DNA of 64,000 nt from Lama glama (lineage: Eukaryota), in assembly GCA_028534125.1 (NCBI GenBank), contig CM052816.1, positions 21,826,001 through 21,890,000 of the forward strand, read 5' to 3'. The position numbers were made by a program, and so were the translations under genes. The stretch's first letter is position 1. Every line of letters starts with the position of its first letter. Positions 50,190 to 64,000 of the stretch are shown here, one piece after another. The notes beneath the pieces were generated by a model that was not told the origin of the DNA, ran no database searches, and worked only from the letters and a program-made list of their open reading frames with translations.

Positions 50190-51480
50190 TAAAAACTGGA
50201 GGACTTGCAGTTTCCAGTCCACCATGCAAGGAACTTAGAAGTCACCACTGTGTCCTAACAAGTAGAAACGTGAACAAATTGAAAAATCAGCAACTCTTAT
50301 AGATCTTACAGAGAAGTAAGTAAAGTCACATGGCAAACTGCTGTACCAAGTTGTGGAAAGACAGACAGGTTGACACAGAGAATAATGACTTGCCAGAGCA
50401 GAAACACATGAACAGAAACCTCCTTAAGAACCAGTGCTGGAGTGGGAAAACCAAAAATGTGATTAATGAATTGCTGGAGGCTAAGTGTGGACAACTTTGA
50501 AAGTTAAAAATTCAAGGGGAACCCAGTCATCAGAGGGACCTTCACACATTTGTGAGTCTTACCTCCAGAAACTCTACCAGATCCTTACAGTGAATATCAG
50601 AGAAAAATCCCCTCATGCTTCCAGTCGTGGGAAGGAAAAAGGAACCATTCTGAGATACATCAGAGTATTCTGTTCTTCTTAACAAACCTGCCCTCAAGAG
50701 AAAGTATTTTACAAAAGCGTAATTTGCTGGGGTTTTATCAGAGCCTAACCTACCCAGGGAGGGGAAATAACCGAATTTCAGCCAGGTGGAAGAAGTAAAT
50801 TACTTAATTCCAGCTCCGTTTAACCTTATACATGGGGGAATGGAAATACCCAGCTAGTACAAGATGGCCCTTTTAGCCATACTGTTTCACTTCAGGGGGA
50901 AAAAAACCTGAGAAGAACTGGTAATGTTTATAGTACAAGGGCACAGGCTTAACAAAAGACTGAGACCTAATCATAGAACTGGAATGCTCCCCATATCTCC
51001 ACACCTTATCACTGCATTACTAAACACCTGTTTACCACGTTGCTATTACCCAGTATATCATGTCCACATTTTAGCAAAAAACTATAAGGCATACTAAAAG
51101 GCAAAAATCACTGTTTGAGCAAACTGAATAAGCATCAGAACCAGAGTCAGTTTTGGCAGTAGTGTTAAAATTATCAGGCCCAAAATTTAAAATAACTATG
51201 ATTAATATGCTATGGAAATTATAGGGAAAAGGAGACATCATGTAAGAACAAATGGATAATATAAGTAGAGAGATGGAAATTCTAAGAAATAATCAAAGAA
51301 AAATGCTAGAGATCAAAATACTGTAGCAGGAATGAAGAATGCCTTTGCAGGACTCATTAGTAGACTAGACACAGCTAAGGAAAGAATACCTGAGTTTGAG
51401 GACAAGACAGTAGGGACTTCCCAAACTGAAAAGCAAAGAGAAAAAAAGACTGAAAAAACAGAAGAAATTATAAAGATCAA
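50190..51480 (+). mobile_element. Old L1 5' UTR/ORF1 fragment
   Basis: ORF 51332-51514 MKNAFAGLISRLDTAKERIPEFED is ORF1 coiled-coil-like. Confidence 0.7.
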
Positions 51481-51668
51481 AATCAATAACATGGCGTTCA
51501 AAACTCTAAATTGACCAAATTTTTCTCATCATTCAGCTTTACCTTAAATCATCTTCCTACTTGTTTTCATCACTTCAGTTATGATGGCATTCCTTTAAGC
51601 CCTTGTAGTCTGGATGTAAGGATTAAGGGCTTTACACCAAGTCATCTTGAAACATCCTTCCTAATCTT

Positions 51669-52168
51669 NNNNNNNNNNNNNNNNNNNNNNNNNNNNNNNN
51701 NNNNNNNNNNNNNNNNNNNNNNNNNNNNNNNNNNNNNNNNNNNNNNNNNNNNNNNNNNNNNNNNNNNNNNNNNNNNNNNNNNNNNNNNNNNNNNNNNNNN
51801 NNNNNNNNNNNNNNNNNNNNNNNNNNNNNNNNNNNNNNNNNNNNNNNNNNNNNNNNNNNNNNNNNNNNNNNNNNNNNNNNNNNNNNNNNNNNNNNNNNNN
51901 NNNNNNNNNNNNNNNNNNNNNNNNNNNNNNNNNNNNNNNNNNNNNNNNNNNNNNNNNNNNNNNNNNNNNNNNNNNNNNNNNNNNNNNNNNNNNNNNNNNN
52001 NNNNNNNNNNNNNNNNNNNNNNNNNNNNNNNNNNNNNNNNNNNNNNNNNNNNNNNNNNNNNNNNNNNNNNNNNNNNNNNNNNNNNNNNNNNNNNNNNNNN
52101 NNNNNNNNNNNNNNNNNNNNNNNNNNNNNNNNNNNNNNNNNNNNNNNNNNNNNNNNNNNNNNNNNNNN
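51669..52168. other. Assembly gap (500 N)
   Basis: Run of N. Confidence 1.
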
Positions 52169-52652
52169 TACCACTGTGGGGCAGTATGTTAACAGTAGGT
52201 AAGATTGTGCATGAGTGGGGATGAGGGGTATATGGGGATGCTGTACATTTTACTCAGTTTTTCTGTGACCCTCAAAGTGCTCTAAAATATGAAGTTGGTT
52301 AATTTTTTAAAAGTCAGTTGCATTTAAAATCAGGAAGGAAACTTTGAATTTGACAAGAATAATTTTAGTGGACTAGTGAGGAAAATTAGATTGAAATAGG
52401 TTAAAGAGTTATAGAAATTGAGGAAGTATAAAATTTATAAAGAAGTAAACTGGGACATCAGCAACATCAAATGTGTGTGTAGAAGGGGAAGAAGATATGT
52501 AAAACTTTTTAATGCAATTGAAATTAATTTGTTATCAGCTTAAAGTAGATGTAACAACTATAAGGTGTATTATGAAAACCTTAGTTAATCAAAAAGGAAA
52601 AATCTGTGAGAGATACACAAATGATAGTAAGAAAAGAAAAAGCATACCACTA

Positions 52653-53045
52653 GAGAAGTAAGCCAGAAAGAGAAAGAAAAATACCATATGATATCATTCA
52701 TAAGTGGAATCTTAAAAAAAAGAAATAAAGACACTATAAACTCATCTACAAAACAGAAACAGACTTGCAGATATAGTAAACAATCTTATGGTTACCAGGG
52801 AGAAGGGAGTAGGAAGGGATAAATTTGAGAATTTGCAAATGTTAGCCACTATATATAAAAGTAGATTAAAAAAAAGTTTCTTCCATATAGCACAGGGAAC
52901 TATATTCAATATCTTGTAACAACTTTTAATGAAAAAGAATATGAAAAATGAATATATGTATGTATATGCATGACTAGGACATTGTGCTATACACCAGAAA
53001 TTGACATGTTGTAACTGACTGTACATCAGTTTAAAAAACAAAAAA
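52653..53045 (+). mobile_element. Younger 5'-truncated L1 3' end nested in the L1MA-type element
   Basis: A-rich tail; TSD ATACCACTA at 52644-52652 and 53046-53054. Confidence 0.8.
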
Positions 53046-55405
53046 ATACCACTATACAGAATCATCAGTTCACAAAGACAGCAAAAGAGGAAGAAAGGAA
53101 CAAAGGAACTATAAAACAATCAGAAAGCAATTAACAAAATGGTGATAGTCCTTACTGTTAGTTAAGTCCTCATCTATGAATAATGACTCTAAATGTAAAT
53201 GGTTTAAACTCTTCATTTAAATATAGAGTGGCTGAATGAAAAAAAAATTCCTATATGCTGCCTGTAGGAGACTCACCCACTTAAGCTTTAAGGACACTCA
53301 GGCTGTAAGTGAAGGGATAGAAGAAGTTATTCCATACAAATGGAAATCAAAAGAGAGCAGAGGTAGCTATACTTGTATCAGACAAGATACATATTAAGTC
53401 AAAAGCTGTAATAATAGACAAAGACTGCCATAATATAATGATAAAGGGGCCAGTTCATCAAGAGGATATAACAATTGTAAATGTAGACTCAGCCAAATTG
53501 AAGCACCTAAGTATATTAAACAATTATTAAGAGATATGAAAGCAGAAATAGACATCATTGCAATAGTGGGGACTTTCAATACCCAACAATTGATGTTCCA
53601 ATTTAGTTCTTTAAATGCATAGATCATCCAGGTAGAAAATCAATGAGGAAATAATGGACTTGAACTACAGTCGGGCTAAATGCACCTAATAGACATATAC
53701 AGAACATTTTATCCAACAGCAGTGGAGTCCACATTCTTCTCAAGTGCATGTGGAACATCCTCCAGGATAGATCATATGTTAGGTCACAAAATAAAAGACT
53801 TTAACAAAATTAAGAAGGTTGAAATTATGTAAAGTATCTTTTCTGACCACAGTAGTATGAAACTAGAAGTCAATAACAGGAACAAAGCTGGAAAATTCAC
53901 AAATATTTGGAAATTAAACAATATACTTGTGAAAAAACAATGAGTGAAAGAATAAATCAAAAGATATATTAAAAAATACTTTCAGACAAATGAAAATGGA
54001 AACACAACATACCAAAACTTACGGGATACATCAAAAGCAGCCTTAAGAGGGAAGGTTACAGCAGTAAACACCTACATTAAGAAAAAGTAAACAACCGAAC
54101 CTTATACCTCAGGGAACTAGAAAAAGAAGAGCAAACTAAGCCCAAAGTTAGCAGGAGGAAGAAAATAGAAACATTAGCAGAGAAATAAGTGAAATAGAAA
54201 CTTGAGAAACAACAGAAATGATTAACAAAACTAAAGAATTAGTTTTATTAAAAGATAAATAATTGACAAACTTTAATCTAGACTAAGAGAAAAAGAGAGA
54301 CAACTCAAATCAATATAATTATAAATGAAAGAGGAGACATCACAGCTGATATCATAGAAACACAAAGGATCATAACAGGCTTCAATGGATAATTATAAAC
54401 CAACGAATTAGATAACTTAGAAGATATGGATAAATTCCTGGAAATGTACAAGTTATGAAGACTGAATCATGAAGTAATAGAAAATCTGAACAGACCAATA
54501 ATGGCCAAGGAGATTAAATCAGTAATTAAAAGTCTCCCAGCAAATAAAAGGAAGCAGATGTTGTCACTGTTGAATTCTATCAAAAATTTAAAGAGGAATT
54601 AATAGCAATCTTTCTCAAACTTTTCCAGAAAAATGAAGAAGAAAGAGCTCTTTCAAACTCATTTTACGAGGCCAGCAGTACCATGATACCAAATTCAGAT
54701 CAAGATGTTGAAAGAAGAGAAAATTACAGGCCAGTATCCCCAATGAACATAGATGTAAAAATCCTCAACAACATACTAGCAAACTAGATTCAAGTTTACA
54801 TTAAAGGGATCATATACCATTACCAAGTGAGATTTATCCCTGGGCCTCAAGGATAGTTCAACATATGAAAATCAATTAATGTGATACACAACATTAGCAG
54901 AATGAAAGATAAAAGCCGTATGATCATTTCAATAGATGCTGAAAAAGCATTTGACAAAATTCAACATCCTTTCATGATGACAGCTCTCAACAAATTAGGT
55001 ATAGAAAGAATGTACCTCAACATAATAAAGGCCATATATGACAAGCCCATAGCTAACATCATACTCAATGGTGAAAAAAAAGCTTTTCCTCTAAGATCAA
55101 GAATAAGACAAGGATGCCCACTCTTACCACTTCTGTTCAGTATAGTATTGGAAGTCCTAGCCAGATCAGTTAGGCAAGAAAAAGAAATAAAAGTTATCCA
55201 AATCAGAAAGGAAGAAGTGAAATTATCTCTGTTTACAGATGACATGATCTTATACACTGAAAACTCTAAAGACTCTACCAACAAACCTTTAGAACTAATA
55301 AAAGAATTCAGTAAATTTGTAGGATACAGAATCATCTAACAAAAATTTGTTTCATTTCTATACACTATTAAAGAACTATCTGAAAGAGAAATTAGAAAGC
55401 AATCC

Positions 55406-56295
55406 TGTGAGATAATAGAAAAAATACATGTATTTGTCTCTATCCCCAGTTCTTGGCACAGAACTCCTAAACCCTTTTAATTTCCTAAGTGATAAGAACA
55501 CTAGGAGCCTCTCTTGTTTCAACATTTGGTCTTTGACGTCATTCCTGACACAGGACTCCTAAAACCTTTGTAATTTCTAAGTGATAAGAGCACTAGGAGA
55601 TAGTTTGTTCTAATGGGGCAACTCTGAGTGGTCTTCTGGATGCCTCCTAGATGGGGCCGGTCACTAGAAAGATCAAGCCATAATTAGAAGCTTGGAATTT
55701 TTAACCCATAGTCTCCCTTTCTCTAGAGAGGGGAGAGGAGCTGGAAATGAAGTTAATAATTGATCAAGACTATGTTAGGAAGCCTCCATAAAACTCCCAA
55801 TAGTAGAGGTTATGGAGAGTTTCCAGGTTGAGTGCAGAAGCTCCTGCACTCGGGACTCTCCCAGACCTCACCTTATATATCTTTTATCATATCCTTTAAT
55901 AAATTGGTAAGTGTAAGTAAATGTTTCCCTGAGTTCTGTGTGTCACTCAAACCTGATATGGGGATGATGGGAACCTCCAATTTGTATCCAAATCAGACAG
56001 AAGTTGTGGGTAACCTAGGGACCTACTACTCATGATTGGCATCTGAAGTAGGATGGAAGCAGTCTTGTGAGACTGAGCCCTTCACCTGTGGGATCTGACA
56101 CTATCCCCTGGTAGGAAGTGTTAGAATTGAGTTGAACTGTAGGTTACCTAGCTGCTGTTGTAGACAATTGCTTATTATGAATGGGAAACCCCCACACATA
56201 TTTGGTAACCAGAAGTATGAGTGTTTTGTTTGAGTAGTAAAGTAGACTCACAGGAGAAAGACTGATAGGGGGTAGAACAGGTTTTTCCTTTAAAA
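55406..56295. mobile_element. Solo LTR, MER21-like, nested in L1 ORF2
   Basis: Starts TG; GGCACAGAACTCCTAAACCC motif; 5-bp TSD AATCC on both sides; L1 ORF2 resumes directly afterwards. Confidence 0.75.
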
Positions 56296-58559
56296 AATCC
56301 CATTTACAATAGCATCAAAACCAATAAAATACTTAAGAGATAAAAGACCTGTACACTATAAACTATAAGACACTGATGAAAATAATTGAAGACACAAATA
56401 AATGGAAAGAATTAATTTTGTGAAAATGTCCATACTACCCAAAGTGATCTACAGCTTCAATGCAATCCGTATCAAAATTCCAATGGCATTTTTCTCAGAA
56501 ATAGAAAAACTATCCTAAATTTGTATCGAAACACGACAGACCCCAAATAGCTGAAGCAATCTTGAAAAAGAACAAAACCAGAGATACCACATTTCTTGAT
56601 TTCAATTTATATTACAAAGCTACCGACATGAAAACAGTATGATACTGACATAAAAACAGGCACGTAGACCAGTGGAATAGGATAAAGAGTCCACAAATAA
56701 ACCTACAGATATACAGCCAACTGATTTTTGACAAAGGTGCCAAGAACACAAAATGAGGAAGGATAATCTTTTCAATAAATGGTAATGGGGAAACTGGATA
56801 TCCACATTCAAAGAACGAAACTGGACCCCTATCTAACACTAGTCACAAAAATGAACTCAAATTGGATTAAAGACTTACATATGTAAGACCTGAAACCCTA
56901 AAACACTAAGAAGAAAACATAGAGGAACAGCTTGACATGGGTCTCGGCGATGATTTCTCTGACAAGACACCAAAGGGACACATAACAAAAGCTAAAATAA
57001 AAACTGAGACTGCATCAAACTAGAGAACTTCTGCATAGAAAAGCAAACAATCAATACATTTAGAGGGTAACCTACAGAATGAGAGAAAATGTTTGCAAAT
57101 CATATATCTTACAAGAGGTTAATATCCAAAATATATAAAGAACCTGTGTAACTCAATAGCAAAAAAAAAAAAAGCAAATAATCCAGTTTTGAAATGGACA
57201 AAGTACTTGAATAGACATTTTTCCAAAGAAGAGATACAAGTGACCAATAGGTACATCAGGAAGTGCTCAATATCACTAATCATCAAGGAAATGCAAATCG
57301 AAACCACAATGAGATATCACCTCAAACCTATTAGGATGGCTGTTATCAAAAGGAGAAGAGACAACAAATGCTGACAGGGATGTGGAGAAAAGGGAACACT
57401 TATACACTGTTGGCCAGAATATAACCATTGTGGAAAACCACATAGCAGTTCCTCACAAAGTTAAAAATAGAACTGCCATGTGACCCAGCAATCTCACTCA
57501 CAGGTATATATCCAAAGGATATGAAATCAGTATCTCAAGGAGTTATCTGTACTTCCATGTTCATTGTAGAATTATTCAAATTAACCAAGATGCAGAAACA
57601 ATGTAAATATCCTTCACTGGATGATTGGACAAAGAAAATGTATATAGATATAGACAATGAAATATTATTCCACCATAAAAAAGAAATCATGCCATTTGCA
57701 ACAGTGGGTATGAGTAGGGCATTATGCCAAGTGAAATAAACCAGAGAAAAATGAATACTGTATGGTATCGCTTATGTGTTTATATGTGGAATCCCCCCAA
57801 AAAAAGGCCACTTTCATTGAAATAGGGAATAGAATGGTTGTTGCCAGGGTCTGAAGGATGAGGAAATGGGGAGATGTAGGTCAAAGGGTCCAAACTTTCA
57901 GTTATAGGAAGAATAAGTTCCAAGGATCTAATGTATAGCATGGTGATTTTAGTTAATAATATGGTATTTTATACTTGGACGTTGCTTAGTGTATATCTTA
58001 AGCTTTCTCACTATGCACACCCCCAAAAAGTTAACAACTATATAAGGTGATGGATGTGTTAATTATCTTGCTCTTGGTAATCATTTCAGAATGTAGAAGT
58101 ATATCAGATCATCACTTGTACATTTTAAATGTGTACAATTTATATTTGTCAATTACTCCTCAATAAAGGTGGGGAAAAGGAAAAATAAGGAAGTAATGAT
58201 TATGTATAGGGCTTGACTCTGATGGGAAATAGAGAAAAAGAACAGTAACTGGAGGGAGAGGCAGGGTCAGAGGAATTTTATTCTGTTCTAAAGATGGGAT
58301 ATACTAGATCATTTCTGAGGGTTAATGGGAATGGTAGAAGGAAGGAAGACAAGAGAGCTGAAGTAATTCTGTAGGCAACTGGAGCTCCCTGTGACGTAGG
58401 GATCTAGTTGAAGTTGACCTGAATTTCACTTCTTTAGTCTAAAGCAATAAAAATTCTTTTACATTCTTCTGTGTTCTTTTCCGTGCTTCTTCACTTCCTC
58501 ATGGTTACATTTTTCTTTTCTCCTCCCATGCGTGCTATATCACTTTCACACTCTACCAG

Positions 58560-58561
<2 letters not shown>

Positions 58562-58607
<46 letters not shown>
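58562..58607. repeat. (CA)23 microsatellite
   Basis: Perfect CA dinucleotide run. Confidence 0.97.
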
Positions 58608-58609
<2 letters not shown>

Positions 58610-58764
58610 TTCTATACAAATCAAGCATCTTATAATTTAAGTGTATCACATATTGCATTAAATACTGTTTCTTATGCTCTTGTATTTTCTGCTCCTTCTC
58701 AGCTTTCTGACTATAGCTTACCATGTCTGGGATGCTGGTATATAAAAACTTCCCTGTATTATTT

Positions 58765-60065
<1,301 letters not shown>

Positions 60066-60199
60066 ATAAAAGAACAGCTTCATTATATTCTTATATGGAA
60101 AAAAGAAGTCGTTGAAAAGATGAGGAGGGTTGAGATCCAGAATACAAGTGGAAAAACTGGCTTTAAAAAAAAAAAGGGATGTTTCTGTTGTACATACAG

Positions 60200-60340
60200 T
60201 GGTAGCAAGGAAGGCTTTGTGCTTAAAAGGACCCAACACTTAATTTAATGCGCTGTTGTCACCATCCTGACATTTAAAATACCTTAATAAAGGGCTACAC
60301 AGTTTTATTTTGCACTGGGCCCCCAAAATTATGACTCCTG
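60200..60340 (+). mobile_element. MER91-like hAT remnant
   Basis: TTTAATGCGCTGTTGTCACCATC...TTTTATTTTGCACTGGGCCCCCAAAATTATG resembles recalled MER91. Confidence 0.5.
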
Positions 60341-61859
60341 AGTAAGTAGTAGGGTTCTGTTTGATGTCTTCTATTGTTGCAGGGAAGGGTAAGCTGAAGA
60401 TGTTAGTTGAGAATAGTAGAAGGAAGGAGGCTAGAGGTTGAAGGAAAATGGGATGAGTATGAAATAGTCATGAGAAGTTAGAGAGGTGTAGAAGAGGTGC
60501 CAATCTGTGGCTACTTTTGAGTTTGTTGTGTCTTTGATAGGCCAGATTGTACAATTTTCCCCAGCACTCAATTGTACTGGTGGTACAGAGGATATTGATA
60601 TCAGGGTTCATCAGGCTAGTGATTTGTTACACATCTGTGATAGGAGGAGAAAGGGATATGAAAATAATTATAATGATGGATGGTGGTAGATAAGGAAGAA
60701 ATAAGGTGGGAGAAGGATCATGGATGAAAATAAAATGGTAGGATCAATAAATTGGAGATTTCAGTGACAGGGAAGTTTTATTTCATGAAGATAATTGAGC
60801 AGGGGTTGGAAGGTTGTAGGAAGCTATTTGAACTGATGATTTTAATAGTTTCTATTGTTGGTAAGGGCTAAGTTTGATCATAGAGTGACTGAAATGGCAT
60901 GAGGAGAAAAGGTTATTGGAAATGCAGAGATCAAGCAACTAAGAGTCCAGTTGGTTGGATAGGTTATCCACTTGGATGATAAAATTCCTGAGAATGATGA
61001 CAGGAGTGAGGAAAAAGGCTGTGAGCAAGGTGTGAAGTCTTCATGAAAGAAAGGAGTCAGTAAGTACCTCAAGCTTTGCTCCATTCCGTTGTTCTTTCCT
61101 TTGCTTAGAATATACCTTATACTTCTTCATGTCCTTCCCCTCCCTTTACTCTATCATCTCTCTTTATTCCCTTACCTGCAGTTCAAAATCTTGTCAGGAC
61201 CTGACTCATATTACACCTCCTCAGTTATGTTAAATATATTTAAACCTGGAATATTATTATAAATATTATAACATAAATATTATTCCCTTGAAGGCATAAG
61301 ACAAGTCACACAACTTAGGACAGGCAGTCACTGAACAGTCTGCAGTTTTCAATACAGGGACTAGTTGGTAAAGCAATACAATTTATTGTAGTTGCAGCTT
61401 CCTAATGTCTTAGAAAGGAGTTTTTGTTTTTTAAATGAAGATTATTGCATAATAAAACATGTAAATATATTTACTCTTTTCTCTAAAATTTAGTTTTAAA
61501 TAGTATAAATAAATAGGTATTATTATCATTTGTTTTCTTTTCACAGAACATTGTTTGGGAGATAACACCTTAAATGTAGTAGGGCAATTTTTTGAGCTGA
61601 GTATCTTTCAACAGATTTTCTCTTTCAACAGATTTTTTTTCCTTCAATGTATAGAAAACTGTACTTTTTTAAGAAAAACTTTTATCCTTATGTTTAAAAC
61701 TTTCTTTCAAGTTGAGGGAATAATAGATAGAAATATATATACCCTATTTTAATTATAACAATTATAACATATATATATATAAAACAATAAAAATCTGAGA
61801 TGTGCTACAAATGTTTTTATAGCACTGTGAAATGTTTTATGGTTATGAATTTGTTTCAG

Positions 61860-62024
61860 CCTGAAAAAGATCCTGAACCTAGAGATACAAATTTTGAAGC
61901 AAAATTAAGTTCTCATCATCTAAAAATCAAGGTTCCCTCATCTCACCAGAGGTCTGATGTTGAAAGCAATGCAGTTAGATCAGTTACCAGAGTTCTGCTA
62001 CCTCGACCTGTCAAATCTGCGTTG
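61860..62024 (+). CDS. MEIKIN: MEIKIN exon 10 (165 nt): PEKDPEPRDTNFEAKLSSHHLKIKVPSSHQRSDVESNAVRSVTRVLLPRPVKSAL
   Basis: TTTGTTTCAG acceptor, TTG|GTAGGC donor; open phase 0-0 frame in non-repetitive sequence between two clear exons. Confidence 0.72.
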
Positions 62025-62203
62025 GTAGGCACTGGCCTTTTATTAACCAATTATTAGAAAGACTCTAAGAAGAAAATGTACTTATTGGGAAGATTTAGAT
62101 ATACATAATTTCTTAACAAATTTAGGGGGAAAATGCACAGAAGCTGTATACTTACACCTACATACAGGCAGATGTTTTTTAAATGAACTGTCAGTTGACA
62201 ACT

Positions 62204-62596
62204 GTGTCACTTGGGACCACTGGGAAATGGTTGTTGCAAGAGAATTAAAAGTTCAAGTAGCATCTTAAAGCGGGTAAGACCTAAGAAAGGAAAGCTGGAA
62301 GGAAGCAGGATTAGGCTGAAATAGCCTCAGTCTTCAATGCAAATCTGGCAGAAGCTCTCCCAGTGGGGTGGTCTGGAGCGAAGATTGTCCATTATAGGAA
62401 TCTTATCTTATGTTGGGCTGCTATGCTGGGATGTTGGCTGAGTCTTGCCCAAGAAGATGATGGCCTCAGCCTGAAAGCTGAAGCAGATTCTAAAGATGTT
62501 GTAGCTGGGGGCTATTAGCTAACTGTACTTAATGCAGTGGAACAGCAAGTTCTTTGTTGAAGGAGATCTGAGCAGAGCACCTTCATGGCTGCCACA
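62204..62596. mobile_element. Old ERVL solo LTR (LTR16-like)
   Basis: TG...CA bounded, GC-richer block with GGCCTCAGCCTGAAAGCTGAAGCAG and GGAGATCTGAGCAG...GCCACA. Confidence 0.45.
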
Positions 62597-63232
62597 GTGA
62601 TAATAATTACAGCTATCACTGAGTATCTCCTACCCTCCAGACACCCTAGGTTCTCTTTACGTGTATTATTTATAACTTTTGCATGGCAATCCTTAGGGTA
62701 GGATAATCCCTATTGTTCAAATAAAGAAATTAAAAGGTTACATAGCCAATAAATTACAGCACTTACATATTTAGTATACTAGGTAAGTATACCCATAAAA
62801 TTTTTTAGATAAAATCTTCCTAATACATATTCTGGATTATGTCTTGAACAACTAGTTTAAGTCATTTTAAGCCAGTAAAAAAGTAAAGAATGAAAGAAAG
62901 AAAAGAGGAAAGAAAGAAAAAAGAAACCTAACACCACTATGATGTTCAAGCTTTATGAGTTTGGGTCCAGACTGGACAGCATATAATGATACCTATTCAA
63001 AGAGATTTATCAGTTGCACCACACAGAGTTTTCTTGGAAGTTGTTTGACCTAGCTCAAGCCAGAATATTCTTTAGTTACCTGTCTAGTGGTTTAAAATTT
63101 AATTAGCAGATTAAAATTTTATTACTACGACAATTATGATCTAGTATATTGTTTTTAAATTTTGTTTTTTACTGTATTAAAGTAGTTTTCTGTTTCTGCT
63201 TTTCAATCCCCTATCTCACAAAATATTGATAG

Positions 63233-63313
63233 GACACAAAGCCCAGTACTTCTGATAAGAAAAGCAGAGGCCTGTTAACAAGTACTCCATCTTCGCAAAC
63301 AGCTGGTTTAGTG
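63233..63313 (+). CDS. MEIKIN: MEIKIN exon 11 (81 nt): DTKPSTSDKKSRGLLTSTPSSQTAGLV
   Basis: TGATAG acceptor, GTG|GTAAGT donor; phase 0-0; RGLLTSTPSS matches the recalled PLK1-docking region; gene continues beyond the window. Confidence 0.92.
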
Positions 63314-63519
63314 GTAAGTACTATTAGCATTTGGCACTTGTAGTATCTATTTTCAGGCTCCCTGTTCTCCCCATTATTCTGTTTTTGTCAGGCCAGGGGA
63401 ATATGCACTTAGACAATAATGTCTGTATTTTCTGTTGTATAAACACACTTTCACTGGAAGTACTCTTTTACTACTGTACATAAAAGAAAGAATACTGCAG
63501 CACCAGTCAGGGTTCTTTA

Positions 63520-64000
63520 AAAATTTTTTTGATTGTGGCAAAATAAACACAACGTGAAATTTGCCATTTTAACTATTTTAATGTATGGTTCCTTATGGTA
63601 GCTCACAGAGAAAAAAATGTGACAAATGTGACAATATATATATATGTTCATGTATAACTGAAAAATTGTGCTCTACACTGGAATTTGACACAACATTGTA
63701 AAATGATTATAAATCAATAAAAAATGTTAAAAAATGCACGGTTCAAGTACATACACATTGTTGGGCAACTATTACCTCTGTCCATATCTGGAACTTTTTT
63801 TATCTTGCAAAAATGAAATTTTATACCCATTAAAAAATGATTCATCATTCCTCCCTCCTCCAGTCCCTGGCAACCTCTGTTGTACTTTGTCTCTGTGTAT
63901 TTGACTATTCTAGGTATTTTATATAAAGGAGTCATACAGTGTCTTTTTTGTGACTGGCTTATTTCACTTAGCATAATGTCTTCAAGGTTCATCTATGTTG
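63520..64000 (-). mobile_element. L1MA/MB-type 3' end, runs off the window
   Basis: Same 3' UTR type as 9660-10425; ORF 63714-63992 MNLEDIMLSEISQSQK. Confidence 0.8.
63592..63732 (+). mobile_element. Short young L1 3' tail nested in the older L1
   Basis: Matches the 3' terminus of the young L1 at about 32310 (ATTGTAAAATGATTATAAATCA); TSD AATG(TAT/CAC)GGTTC at 63580 and 63733. Confidence 0.75.

Larger units (their letters stand above)
52490..58180 (+). mobile_element. L1MA-type element (ORF2 + 3' UTR) with two nested insertions
   Basis: RT motifs [37 protein letters not shown] in ORF 54881-55339; 3' UTR ending CTCAATAAAG. Confidence 0.92.

Noticed and set aside
54881..55339. Reverse transcriptase ORF as a functional or novel RT system
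   Set aside because: It is a fragment of a decayed L1 ORF2 with stops and frameshifts on both sides and an LTR insertion.

Overview
Mammalian genomic DNA, probably camelid (tRNA-derived SINE resembling Vic-1, plus young lineage-specific L1 3' ends). Two protein-coding genes lie in tandem on the + strand. The first is the 3' end of ACSL6 (long-chain acyl-CoA synthetase 6): four coding exons from 2067 to 14208 and a long AT-rich 3' UTR to about 17.7 kb. The second is the 5' part of MEIKIN (meiotic kinetochore factor): a CpG-island promoter at about 20.9-21.7 kb and 11 coding exons from 21305 to 63313, which splice in frame with no stop (about 343-352 codons); the gene continues past the window end. 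Introns contain L1, L2, MIR, LTR and hAT-MITE remnants, an RPL34 processed pseudogene, a 3x60-bp tandem repeat and two 500-N gaps. I see no evidence for a wholly new biological system; this is the known ACSL6-MEIKIN locus. The most interesting details are the MEIKIN splice architecture (two GC donors, a candidate frame-restoring micro-exon, a 165-nt exon I do not recall in the human protein), a TSD-flanked patchwork insertion resembling an orphan L1 3' transduction, and a candidate alternative or poison ACSL6 exon. Gene, ortholog and repeat-family identifications come from memory, not database searches.
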